Positions 48,713 through 57,521 of a stretch of 64,000 nt of DNA are shown one piece after another. The first letter of the stretch is position 1; the number at the start of each line of letters is the position of its first letter. Source of the stretch: an uncultured Acidimicrobiales bacterium. GTDB lineage: Bacteria > Actinomycetota > Acidimicrobiia > Acidimicrobiales > UBA8190. The position numbers and the translations under genes are program-made. The stretch is from NCBI GenBank assembly GCA_963796765.1, contig CAWCMY010000005.1, forward strand, positions 173,918-237,917. The letters run 5' to 3'. A model generated the notes under the pieces. The model saw nothing but the letters and a program-made list of their open reading frames with translations, had not been told where the DNA came from and did no database searches.

Positions 48713-49909
48713 GTGCGCGACACAGACCCCACCCGACTGCGCGTCCTCGAGGTGAGCTACTCCCGCCAGGTGTGGGGGGCCGAGCTCGCCACCATGGCCC
48801 TCGCCGGCCCCTTGGCCCGACGCGGGATCGACCTCACCTTGGGCTCGCCTCCCGGGGGCGACCTCGAGGAGCACTGGCGGCGCCTGGGCCTGCCCTTCGT
48901 GGCGCTCGAGTTCCCCGAGCACCTGGGACTGCGCGCCGCCGACGCCGAGAGTCGGCCTTCGGTCGGGCAGTTCGGACGGGAGCTCGTCTCGACGGCCCGG
49001 TCGGTGCGACTGATCGGGCGCGCCGCACGCGGCTTCGACCTCGTGCACTCCAACAGCCTGTGGGCGCATCTCGACTGCGCGCTCGCGGGGCGATTGGTGC
49101 GGCGGCCATCTGTCATCGAGCTCTACGACCTCGTGCGCCCCGGGCTGGGCCGCTCGGTGCTCACCGGGGCGGCGGCCCTCTCCACCAACGCCGTCGCCAT
49201 CAGCCAGGCCGTGGCCGACATCATCGGGCCCCGGGGCTCGCACCACGTCCGCATCGTGCCCTTGTCGGTCGACCTCGACCGCTTCTTCCCGGCGCCCGCC
49301 GACCCGCAGGTGCGCCGGCTCCTCACCTCCGACGAGGGTGCGCCCCTCGTGGGGATCGTGGGTCGGATCGACCCCGAGAAGGGCGTGGACGTGCTCGTGA
49401 GGGCCATGGGCCTGCTCCAGGGCCCGGCGGCGCGCGCCCACCTGGTCGTGGTGGGCAGCCCGGGGCTCGCTCCCGACGGCTATCCCGAGCAGGTGCAGGC
49501 CGAGGCGCAACGCACCCTGGGCGACCGGGTGAGGTTCGTGGGACGCGCCGACGACGTGCCCGCAACGTTGCGCGCCCTCGACATCCTCGTGAACGCGTCG
49601 GTGGCCGAGCCGTTCGGCCTCAGCGTCCTCGAGGCCCAGGCCTCGGGGGTGGCCGTGATCGGGACCCGCGCCGGCGGCATCCCCGACTTCGTCTTCGACG
49701 GCGACAACGGGATGCTCGTGCCGAGCGGGGACGCCGACGCGCTGTCCAAGGCGCTCGATCGACTCATCACCGACGAGGAATGGCGGACCCGGCTCGCCGA
49801 GCGGGGCCATCTCACGGCCCAGGGGCGCGGCATCGAGGCCCGCGCCGAGGTGGTGGCCGAGATGTACCGCCGAGCCGTGAGCCGGCGCAGCGAGCGGGGC
49901 GCGTCGTGA
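48713..49909 (+). CDS. GT4 glycosyltransferase
   Basis: VRDTDPTRLRVLEVSYSRQVWGAE…HSNSLWA…GIVGRIDPEKGVDVL…VVVGSPG…ILVNASVAEPFGLSVLEAQASGVAVIGTRAGGIPDFV (EX7E). The GTG at 48713 is in frame with the upstream artefactual ORF 47363..49909. Confidence 0.85.
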   Translation: MRDTDPTRLRVLEVSYSRQVWGAELATMALAGPLARRGIDLTLGSPPGGDLEEHWRRLGLPFVALEFPEHLGLRAADAESRPSVGQFGRELVSTARSVRLIGRAARGFDLVHSNSLWAHLDCALAGRLVRRPSVIELYDLVRPGLGRSVLTGAAALSTNAVAISQAVADIIGPRGSHHVRIVPLSVDLDRFFPAPADPQVRRLLTSDEGAPLVGIVGRIDPEKGVDVLVRAMGLLQGPAARAHLVVVGSPGLAPDGYPEQVQAEAQRTLGDRVRFVGRADDVPATLRALDILVNASVAEPFGLSVLEAQASGVAVIGTRAGGIPDFVFDGDNGMLVPSGDADALSKALDRLITDEEWRTRLAERGHLTAQGRGIEARAEVVAEMYRRAVSRRSERGAS

Positions 49910-51051
49910 GAGCGCTCATGGTCACGAAGTTCGTCCCCCTTCCCGACAACGACGGGGGGAAGCAGCGCGCCCTCGCCCTCGCCACCCGGCTGGCCCGGGG
50001 TTCCGACGTCGTGCTGTGCGCCTACGACGACGGCGACGGTGACGTGGCGGGTCTCAAGCGCCTGGGCATCGATGTGCGTAGCGTCCCGTGGCGCCCGACG
50101 GCGCGGCGCGCCGGTCGGGGGGTGGTGCGCACGCGCAGTGTCTCGGCGGGCCGCTTCTACAGCGCCGAGCTCGTCGACGAGGTGCGGCGGGCCGCGTCCG
50201 AGGGCCCGCTCGACCTGCTTCAGGTGGAGTACCTCCAGATGGTCCCGGTGGCACGTGACATTGCCGCCCTCCGGCGCGTCCTCGACCTCCACAACGTGGA
50301 GTCCGCCCTGATGCGGAGCTACGCCCGGGTCGGGAAGGGCCCGGCCGGCATCCTCGCCCACGCCGAGGCCGTGGCGCTCGGTGCCATGGAACGGTCCGTC
50401 CTGCCCTCCTTCGACACCGTCGTGGTGGTGAGCGAGAAGGAACGGCACCGCCTTCCGAACGGCGTCCGCAACGTCCTCGTCTGTCCCAACGGCCGGGACC
50501 CCGACCCGCAGGGCCCCCCCCCTCCGGCCCCGACGGCGACGGCCGCCTTCGTGGCCACCATGGGCTGGGCGCCCAACGTCGACGCCGCGCTGTGGTTCGG
50601 GTCAGAGGTGTGGCCCGCGGTCGTCCGGCGCACGCCGGGTGCCCGTTTGCTGCTCGTGGGGAGGGACCCTGCCCCCGCGGTGCGGGCCCTCGCGTCCAAT
50701 TCCGTCGAGGTATCCGGTACCGTCTCCGACGTCCGCCCGTACCTCGCCCAGGCGCGAGTGGCGGTGGCTCCGCTGCGATCGGGAGGGGGGACCCGCCTGA
50801 AGATCCTCGAGGCACTCGATGCGGGCCGTCCCGTCGTGGCCACCTCTGTCGCCGTGGACGGGCTCGAGGACCTGATCGGGGAAGGGGTGGTGGTCGCCGA
50901 CGACGCCCCGTCCATGGTCGGGGCGCTCAGTGACCTCCTCGAGGATCCCGACCGCGCCTCGGCACTGGGCCGGGCCGGCCACGACGCCGTGGCGGCCCGC
51001 CACACCTGGGACGTCGCCCTGGCCCCGCTCCTCGAGAGCGTGACGCCGTGA
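49906..51051 (+). CDS. GT4-like glycosyltransferase
   Basis: The GTG overlaps the previous stop (GTGA); an alternative ATG is at 49918. MVTKFVPLPDNDGGKQR…LLQVEYLQM…VVVSEKE…FVATMGWAPNVDA…LLLVGRDP…VAVAPLRSGGGTRLKILEALDAGRPVVAT. Confidence 0.8.
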   Translation: MRALMVTKFVPLPDNDGGKQRALALATRLARGSDVVLCAYDDGDGDVAGLKRLGIDVRSVPWRPTARRAGRGVVRTRSVSAGRFYSAELVDEVRRAASEGPLDLLQVEYLQMVPVARDIAALRRVLDLHNVESALMRSYARVGKGPAGILAHAEAVALGAMERSVLPSFDTVVVVSEKERHRLPNGVRNVLVCPNGRDPDPQGPPPPAPTATAAFVATMGWAPNVDAALWFGSEVWPAVVRRTPGARLLLVGRDPAPAVRALASNSVEVSGTVSDVRPYLAQARVAVAPLRSGGGTRLKILEALDAGRPVVATSVAVDGLEDLIGEGVVVADDAPSMVGALSDLLEDPDRASALGRAGHDAVAARHTWDVALAPLLESVTP

Positions 51052-52475
51052 ACAAGCTCATCCTCCTGGCTGGCGCAGGGCTCGTCTCGCTCATGCTCCT
51101 GTACGTCTTCATGCGCTGGGAACGGTCCGGCCGGGAGCACTGGGTCATCTTCTTGCTCCTGGGCGTTCTCGTCGTCGACTCGACCCTGTGGGACAACGAG
51201 ACCACCGAGCCCCAGGGTCTGTTCCACCCCGGGACGGGCACGCTCAATTTCCGCCTGCCCGAGGTGATCATCACCGTCGCGCTCGTGGCGCGCCTGTTGA
51301 TCAAGAAGAAGCCGGAGCGGGTCGGGCTGCCCGCCCTGCTGTGGTTGACCGTCGCCGCGTGGTGGGCGCTCGAAGCCATGGAGGGGATCCTCCGCCACAA
51401 CAGCACGGTGAAGCTCCCCTACGAGGCGAAGGCGATCATCTACGTCATGGGCGCCTACGCGCTGGCGTCGGGCGTGCCCATCCGTCGCTTCCTCGAAGGG
51501 CGCGGGTTCGAACGACTGGTGCGATGGTCGGCCCTGGCGGCTACGGTCCTCCTGGTCCTGCGGTTGGGCCACAAGAAGTACTCCCTCCACCTCCCCGGGC
51601 TCCGCATCCTCGATTTCGGGTCGGTCGGCACCGATGCGGCAACCATCTTCGTGTGCGTGGGCGTCATCGGGTTCCTCCTCGAGCTGGGCAAGGAACGACG
51701 CAGCCGGCTCAACATCATCTGCACCGTGCCACTGGCGTTGTGCTCGTTCTTCGCCTACCAACGCGCCGTCCTGCTCACACTGGGCGCGGTGGTGACCGTC
51801 GTGGTCGTGGTGGCCATGGGATCCACGTCCCGCCAGCGTCTGCGCATCAGGTCCGGAGAGGTGGCCGTCGCCGCCCTCGCCGTCGTGGGGGTGGTTCTCG
51901 GCGTGGCGGTGATCCCCGCCATCACCGCGCAGAAATCTGTTACCGGCCCCCTGGCGGCGACGATCGACAACACGTTGGGGGCGACCTTGCACTCCCAGGC
52001 CAAGCAGCAGTCCGCTCAAGACCGGATCAACAAGTGGACCGTCGCGCTCGACGACGCCAAGCAACACCCCCTCCTCGGCCACGGACTGGGGTTCGAGTAC
52101 AGTTACTTCCAAGCCGGGCCGAACCTCTACATCACGACCGATCTCACCGAGAACATCGGCCTCGATCTGTGGCTGAGGACGGGCGTCATCGGTTTGGCAC
52201 TCTTCCTGATGGCGCTCGTCGTGGCCCTCGTAAACGGGTTCTCCACCTGGCGACTGCATCCCGACCCGAAGGTGGCCGTGTTGGCGCTGGCCCTCTTCGC
52301 GGTGGTCATCGGGCTCATCACCAAAGGACAGGTCGAGTCCATCTTCGAGAACTATCGGCTGGCCACGGTGCTCGGGCTCTCGCTCGGCATGCTCCGCAGC
52401 GCGGTGACCTCCGGAGGGGGCGGACCCGCCGCCATGCGTACTTACCAGGCCATGAGCCACTACGAGGTGATTTGA
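51048..52475 (+). CDS. O-antigen ligase/polymerase-like (Wzy-type) membrane protein
   Basis: The GTG overlaps the previous stop. About 10-12 TM segments, with a periplasmic-type loop …AQDRINKWTVALDDAKQHPLLGHGLGFEYSYF… typical of the O-antigen ligase-like family. Confidence 0.75.
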   Translation: MNKLILLAGAGLVSLMLLYVFMRWERSGREHWVIFLLLGVLVVDSTLWDNETTEPQGLFHPGTGTLNFRLPEVIITVALVARLLIKKKPERVGLPALLWLTVAAWWALEAMEGILRHNSTVKLPYEAKAIIYVMGAYALASGVPIRRFLEGRGFERLVRWSALAATVLLVLRLGHKKYSLHLPGLRILDFGSVGTDAATIFVCVGVIGFLLELGKERRSRLNIICTVPLALCSFFAYQRAVLLTLGAVVTVVVVVAMGSTSRQRLRIRSGEVAVAALAVVGVVLGVAVIPAITAQKSVTGPLAATIDNTLGATLHSQAKQQSAQDRINKWTVALDDAKQHPLLGHGLGFEYSYFQAGPNLYITTDLTENIGLDLWLRTGVIGLALFLMALVVALVNGFSTWRLHPDPKVAVLALALFAVVIGLITKGQVESIFENYRLATVLGLSLGMLRSAVTSGGGGPAAMRTYQAMSHYEVI

Positions 52476-52479
52476 CACC

Positions 52480-54018
52480 ATGGAGATCCGACAGCTCATT
52501 AGAGACGTCCGGCACAATCTCGTCGTCGCCCTGGCGGCGTTCGTCTTGTGCCTCGTCATCGGGGGCACGGCCGCGTTCCTGCCCGCCAAGCAGTATCAGG
52601 CGAGCACGCTCCTGACGATCGCGCCCGCACCCGGCTTTGTCTCCAACTCCAACGCCGGGGCGGTGATCTCGATCGTCGGTCCCCAGCTCCCGGCCGAGGC
52701 CACCAGCTCCACGATCCTCGACCGCGCCACCGCCAAGGTCCCCGAGCCGTACCGGTCCGACGGTGCTTCGGTGGACGCCACCATCGACCCGGGCACCTTC
52801 ATCATCACCATCAAGGCCACGTCGAAGAGCAAGGTGGCCGCCTCGAAGTTCGCCAACAGCGTGGCGATCCAGCTCATCGCCCACCAACCCAGGCCGGCCG
52901 AGTCGGGATATGTGGTCTCGCAGCTGGCCCCGGCGGTCCCGCCGAGTTCACCGTCGAACCCCCGCACCCCCATCTTGTTGGGGGCGGGTGCATTCGGCGT
53001 CATCGTCGGGATCTTCGCCGCCATGTGGGCGGCCGGGGTGCGGCGCCGCCTCAGCCGGGTGACCGAGGTCAAGGAGCGGATCGGAGCCACCGTGCTCGGA
53101 GAGATCCCCCGCGTGGCCACGTCCGGGCTGCGCCCCACCGACCTCTTCGTGAAGCACAGCGAGCCCATGGCCATGGAGGCGTTCCAGGAGCTGCGCAGCA
53201 ACCTGCTCATCAGCCTTCCCGCGGGCGAGTCGGCCATGATCGCGGTGACCTCGTGCGATCCCGGTGAAGGCAAGACGTCGGTGTCGACCAACATCGCCTG
53301 GGCCCTGGCCGCCCAGGACCGCCACGTCACCGCCATCGACTGCGACCTGCGCAAGCCGGCCCTGCACACCCAGATGGGGGTGCCCTTCGGGCCCGGCGTC
53401 ACCAGCCGCCGCACCGAGGACGCCCTCGCGCACGCCTCGCGCACGCCGAACCCCTATCTCGACGTGATCCCGGCCGGCATCATCGACCGGCACCCTTCCG
53501 ACATCGTCTCGGCCCACCTGCCGCTGCTCATCGAGCAGCTGCGCGAGCGCCACGACACCGCCGTCATCGACTGCCCGCCCCTTATCGGCGTGGCCGAGAC
53601 CGTGCTCATCGCGACCATGGTCGACCTCGTCATCGTGGTGGTGGACGCTCGCCGCTTCAACCCCGAGCGGCTGCAGCAGTGCCTGCTGCGCCTCGACACG
53701 GCCAACACCAACGTGGCCATCGTGCTCAACCGGGTGCGCTTCAACCGCCGCCGTCGGGACGGCACCTACGGGTACGGGCACTTCCGACGGGCCGACGCCC
53801 CGCCGTCGCCCGCGGTCGCTCCCATCGCCCCGGCCGGCCTTCCCCCCAAGCGGCCGGCGCGGGCACCAGTGGGCAGCGGTCGCCGGTCCGAACGCGCCGA
53901 TCCGCTGCGGGTCTCGGAGCCGACCGTGCTGCGGTCATCGCCGGCCGAGGGCACCCAGGCGACGCCCGCCGGAAAACCGGTGGAGAACCCGGGCCAGACC
54001 GGCTACTGGCAACGGTGA
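52480..54018 (+). CDS. Polysaccharide co-polymerase (Wzz-like) fused to a BY-kinase ATPase domain
   Basis: Two TM segments flank a Wzz-type domain. Walker A is SCDPGEGKTSVS, Walker A' is AIDCDLRKP and Walker B is TAVIDCPPL. The C-terminal tail is Pro/Arg-rich with only YGYGH as tyrosines. Confidence 0.85.
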   Translation: MEIRQLIRDVRHNLVVALAAFVLCLVIGGTAAFLPAKQYQASTLLTIAPAPGFVSNSNAGAVISIVGPQLPAEATSSTILDRATAKVPEPYRSDGASVDATIDPGTFIITIKATSKSKVAASKFANSVAIQLIAHQPRPAESGYVVSQLAPAVPPSSPSNPRTPILLGAGAFGVIVGIFAAMWAAGVRRRLSRVTEVKERIGATVLGEIPRVATSGLRPTDLFVKHSEPMAMEAFQELRSNLLISLPAGESAMIAVTSCDPGEGKTSVSTNIAWALAAQDRHVTAIDCDLRKPALHTQMGVPFGPGVTSRRTEDALAHASRTPNPYLDVIPAGIIDRHPSDIVSAHLPLLIEQLRERHDTAVIDCPPLIGVAETVLIATMVDLVIVVVDARRFNPERLQQCLLRLDTANTNVAIVLNRVRFNRRRRDGTYGYGHFRRADAPPSPAVAPIAPAGLPPKRPARAPVGSGRRSERADPLRVSEPTVLRSSPAEGTQATPAGKPVENPGQTGYWQR

Positions 54019-54038
54019 TCCCGGGGGCCTGAACCGGC

Positions 54039-55661
54039 TCACACGGCCAGGGCGGCGTGATCCTCGATCTGGGTGGGGGCGCCGATCCTCGGTGTGTCCG
54101 GGTGGGCGCCATCGAGGGCCACGAACCTGAATCGCCGCTCCCGGGCCATCGCCACGATCTCGGGAAGCGCCTCGACGGCTTGGAGCGATGCCGTGTCGTG
54201 GAGGTGGATGACCGACCCCGGGGTCAGGTCGTCGGTCGTCTGGCTGACGAGGGTGTCCACGGCGGCGCTCGGGGCGACGTCGTGGGGATGGCCCGTCCAC
54301 AGCCAGATCTCGAGGCCGAGCGCCTGGAGCACCGAGACCACGCGCTGGTCGTAGGCGCCGGCGGGGAGTTGCACGTGGCGCGGCGTCGCGCCCGTGATCT
54401 CGTTGATGATGTTGAGCGACTCCTTCACATCCTGTTCGAGCTGCTGGTCGTTGAGCTCGACGAAGGGGCGACCGCTCCATCCGTTGATCCCCACCAGGTG
54501 GCCGGCCTCGGCGATGCGTCGCACCACCGCAGGGAGCCGGCGGGCGTGCTCCCCGGTCACGAAGAACGCGGCCGGGATGCCGAGCTCGCCCAGGATGTCG
54601 AGAGCCTGCTCGGTGTGGGGAGAGGGCCCCCCGGACAAGGTGAGGGCCACGACGGCTTCGCCCGTGGTGGCGACGCGACGACGGAGGCCGAAGGGGACGG
54701 GCAGGTCCCCGCGGCCCAGATTCGACGACTGTCGCACCACCCGCACCTGGTCGACGATCCACCCCGCCTGATAGGCGAGCTGGCCCAGGGCCATGGGGAC
54801 GGCGAGCACGAGCAGCTCCCGGTAGGGGCCGGGCCGGGCCCGGGTCCACTCCACCGCGATCCACCGCAGCCGTTTCGAGAGTCGCTGGACGGCCCGCAAG
54901 ACGACGAAAGCGGGGCAGGCCCATCCGGTGGGCTCGAAGCGCTGGCGGAGCCGGCCCGCCGGCAACCGCAGCGCCTCCTCCCACGAGTCGAGGCGGCCGC
55001 GCGAGTACTGGTCCCGCAGGAACGTGGCCATGCCGAGCGGACCGAGGTGGTCGATGCAGACGGCGGGATCGAACCAAGGGTGGACGCCCAGGGACTCCAG
55101 GCGTTCGGCCATCAGCGAGTCCTCGTCGGTGCGCAACGTCTCGTCGAAGGGCCCGGCCCGGTCGAGGAGGTCCCGGGTGAAGGACAGGCCATAGGCCTGG
55201 TGCGAACTGGCGGGGCCGGCGGGGTGCCCGACGAGGCGCGACGGGTGGACCAGGTACAACCACGCCCGGGCGGCGCGCCCGTGGTCCACGTCGCTCTGCA
55301 CCGCGCTCGCCACGGCGCCGTGGCCGGCACGGTGCAGCGAGATGCGACTGCTCACCCATTGGGGGCATGCCACGCAGTCGGCTTCGAGAAAGGCGACGAT
55401 CTGGCCCCGGGCCATCTTGACGCCGAGGTTGCGCACGCCTCCGGGATAGAGCCGGGTCGGCCATTCCGCCACGCGGACCTCAGGGTGGTGAGCCCGGACG
55501 AGATCACCGGTGCGGTCGCCTCCCGACGTGGCCACGACGACCTCGAAGGGCTCGTCGGCCTCCTGCTCGAGCAGGGACCGCACGGCCCGGAGGATCGTGT
55601 CTTCGTTGCGGTAGCCGAACACCACGGCGGTGAGGACCGGGTCCTGTCGCTGTGCGGTCAT
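54039..55661 (-). CDS. GT2 glycosyltransferase fused to a NodB/CE4-like (apparently degenerate) domain
   Basis: Intact 540 aa. The GT2 N-terminus reads LTAVVFGYRNEDTILRAVRSLLEQ…FEVVVATSGGD…AFLEADC. The C-terminal ~205 aa have NodB-fold spacing (…ALTLSGGPSPHT…AAFFVTG…GHLVGINGWSG…RHVQLPAGAY…VIHLHD). Confidence 0.75.
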   Translation of the reverse strand: MTAQRQDPVLTAVVFGYRNEDTILRAVRSLLEQEADEPFEVVVATSGGDRTGDLVRAHHPEVRVAEWPTRLYPGGVRNLGVKMARGQIVAFLEADCVACPQWVSSRISLHRAGHGAVASAVQSDVDHGRAARAWLYLVHPSRLVGHPAGPASSHQAYGLSFTRDLLDRAGPFDETLRTDEDSLMAERLESLGVHPWFDPAVCIDHLGPLGMATFLRDQYSRGRLDSWEEALRLPAGRLRQRFEPTGWACPAFVVLRAVQRLSKRLRWIAVEWTRARPGPYRELLVLAVPMALGQLAYQAGWIVDQVRVVRQSSNLGRGDLPVPFGLRRRVATTGEAVVALTLSGGPSPHTEQALDILGELGIPAAFFVTGEHARRLPAVVRRIAEAGHLVGINGWSGRPFVELNDQQLEQDVKESLNIINEITGATPRHVQLPAGAYDQRVVSVLQALGLEIWLWTGHPHDVAPSAAVDTLVSQTTDDLTPGSVIHLHDTASLQAVEALPEIVAMARERRFRFVALDGAHPDTPRIGAPTQIEDHAALAV

Positions 55662-55697
55662 GACCCGCCTTCGGAAGTGAGGGGATGCCCAGGCCCT

Positions 55698-55725
55698 CGG
55701 GACCGGACTATCGGGACCGGACTAT
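55698..55725. repeat. Perfect 14-bp tandem direct repeat (CGGGACCGGACTAT x2)
   Basis: Read directly from the sequence. It lies in the 123-nt gap upstream of the GT2-CE4 start. On the coding strand it reads ATAGTCCGGTCCCG x2 and abuts TATAGT. Confidence 0.95.
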
Positions 55726-55784
55726 ATAGGTGGGTCTTCGTCATCCCGGCTCCGGCCCTTGAGCCTCCCGGGCCCCGGGCCGGC

Positions 55785-57476
55785 TCAGGGCTCACTGGCG
55801 TGGTGACTGGGTGCCGGGACGGGGTCGTCGACTCGGGCCGGTCCCTCGGTGGCCGGCACGTCGGGGGAGACCGTTGTGGCGGCGGTGGCCGAGGCCGAGT
55901 GGCGCCGCACCGTCGGGACCCGGGCGAGCACGGCCCGTCGCTCGGCGCCGTCGAGGCCGGTGAACGAGAACACGGCGACGTAGAGGGTCAGGACGACCGC
56001 ACCGGCGCCGGCCACGACGGCCACGTTCTCGATGCGACCGTGGCGCGTGACGAAGTGCCACAGCGACCCGTGAGCGAGGAACCACCCCAACCCCCCTGCC
56101 ACCACCAGGGGCACGCCGTGGGCGCGCAGGGTCGGGCCCAGCAATTGCGGCACGCCGATGCCGAGGCGCCGGCAGACGAGTGGAAGGGTCACGCACAGCT
56201 CGACGGCGGCCACCGTGGTGAGCGCGGCCAGGGCTACTCCGGTGAGGCCGAAATAGAAGCCCAGCACCGCCGTGAGCGTGATGTTCACGGCCGCTTCGGC
56301 CATGCCCATCACCGACAGCAGCTTCTGGTCGCCCGACCCGCTCACGATCTTGAAGGGGACCGCACCGAGAGACATGATCCCGAAGGTGGCGGCGAGGATG
56401 GCGACCACCGGCGCGGCCCGCACGAACGACGGGCCCACCCAGGCACTCAACGCGGGGCGGGCGAGGACACCGACCACCAAGCAACACGGGATGGTGACGC
56501 CGGTGGCGATGCGCGTGCCGGTGCGGGCGGCCGTGCCCAGCCCGGCCCGGTCGCCCGCTCCCACCAGGGCGGCGGCATGGGGGAAGTAGGGGTCGGTGAC
56601 CGGTGCCCCGAGCTTCGTGCCGAGAAGGGCGAGCTTCTCCCCGACGGCGAAGGCCCCGGCGGTGGCGACGTTGCGCACGACGCTGAGGACGAGCACATTG
56701 GCATAGTCCCGAAAGCCGGCGATCGAACTCGCCAAGGCGAACCATCCGGCGGGGCCCCGCAGCGACCTGAGGACGCCGCGGTCGACGAGCTTCGGTGAGA
56801 CCACCAACGCGGGGTGGGCCCGGCGCAGGAGGCGCCACCGCACGGCCTGGCCTGCCAGGCTGATGGCAACGGTCACGAACCCCAGCTCCAACAGGCCTCC
56901 ACCGGTGAGGAGGATGACCGTCCATGCCACGGCCTGGGCCACGACGACTCCCACCATGCTCAGGTTGAGCAGCTCGAAACGCTGCAGCGCCACCAGGCCG
57001 CAACCGAAGATGTCCATGGGCAGAGACACCGCCATGTCGAACCCGACGACGATGAGCAGGACGCGGGTGGTGTGCCCCAGTGCCGGGCCGAGGTGGATGG
57101 CGTCGGGCACGAACTGGCTGGCGACCACCGCGACGACGAAGGCGATGAGCCCGAGGCCGACGAGGACGAAGAATGACGTGCTGATCGTCCGGTCGAGCCC
57201 GTCCTCGTCGCCGGCCGCGGACAGGCGTGCGACGAACGACACCACGGCGCCCCCGATGCCGAGGTCCAAGAGCTCGACATAGGCGACGGTGGAGCCCACG
57301 AAGATCCAGATCCCGTACTTCTGGGGCCCCAGGTGGCCGGTCAGGATCGGCGTGGTCACCAAGGCCACGAGGGCCATGACGACCGCCAACAGGTAATTCG
57401 ACCCCGCGTTGCGCGCAAACCGCGTGGGGAGTGCTGAAGACGTGTGTCCGACTTTACCGTCCGCAGGCGCGTACAA
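55785..57476 (-). CDS. Wzx-type polysaccharide flippase
   Basis: Intact ORF with 12 or more TM segments. N-terminal region: …NAGSNYLLAVVMALVALVTTPILTGHLGPQKYGIWIFVGSTVAYVELLDLGIGGAVVSFVARL…. The true start may lie downstream of 57476. Confidence 0.8.
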   Translation of the reverse strand: MYAPADGKVGHTSSALPTRFARNAGSNYLLAVVMALVALVTTPILTGHLGPQKYGIWIFVGSTVAYVELLDLGIGGAVVSFVARLSAAGDEDGLDRTISTSFFVLVGLGLIAFVVAVVASQFVPDAIHLGPALGHTTRVLLIVVGFDMAVSLPMDIFGCGLVALQRFELLNLSMVGVVVAQAVAWTVILLTGGGLLELGFVTVAISLAGQAVRWRLLRRAHPALVVSPKLVDRGVLRSLRGPAGWFALASSIAGFRDYANVLVLSVVRNVATAGAFAVGEKLALLGTKLGAPVTDPYFPHAAALVGAGDRAGLGTAARTGTRIATGVTIPCCLVVGVLARPALSAWVGPSFVRAAPVVAILAATFGIMSLGAVPFKIVSGSGDQKLLSVMGMAEAAVNITLTAVLGFYFGLTGVALAALTTVAAVELCVTLPLVCRRLGIGVPQLLGPTLRAHGVPLVVAGGLGWFLAHGSLWHFVTRHGRIENVAVVAGAGAVVLTLYVAVFSFTGLDGAERRAVLARVPTVRRHSASATAATTVSPDVPATEGPARVDDPVPAPSHHASEP

Positions 57477-57521
57477 AGGGACCCAATGAGCGACGAGTGA
57501 CTGTTAACGTCGGTTCGCGCC

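Noticed and set aside
47363-49909. Continuous 848-aa ORF that looks like a GT2-GT4 fusion protein.
   Set aside because: The conserved GT2 C-terminus (…VRYLRGDRPTRWTTVRR-stop at 48701) is in another frame, and a GTG at 48713 starts a complete GT4. The fusion is best explained by a single indel near 48520-48560.
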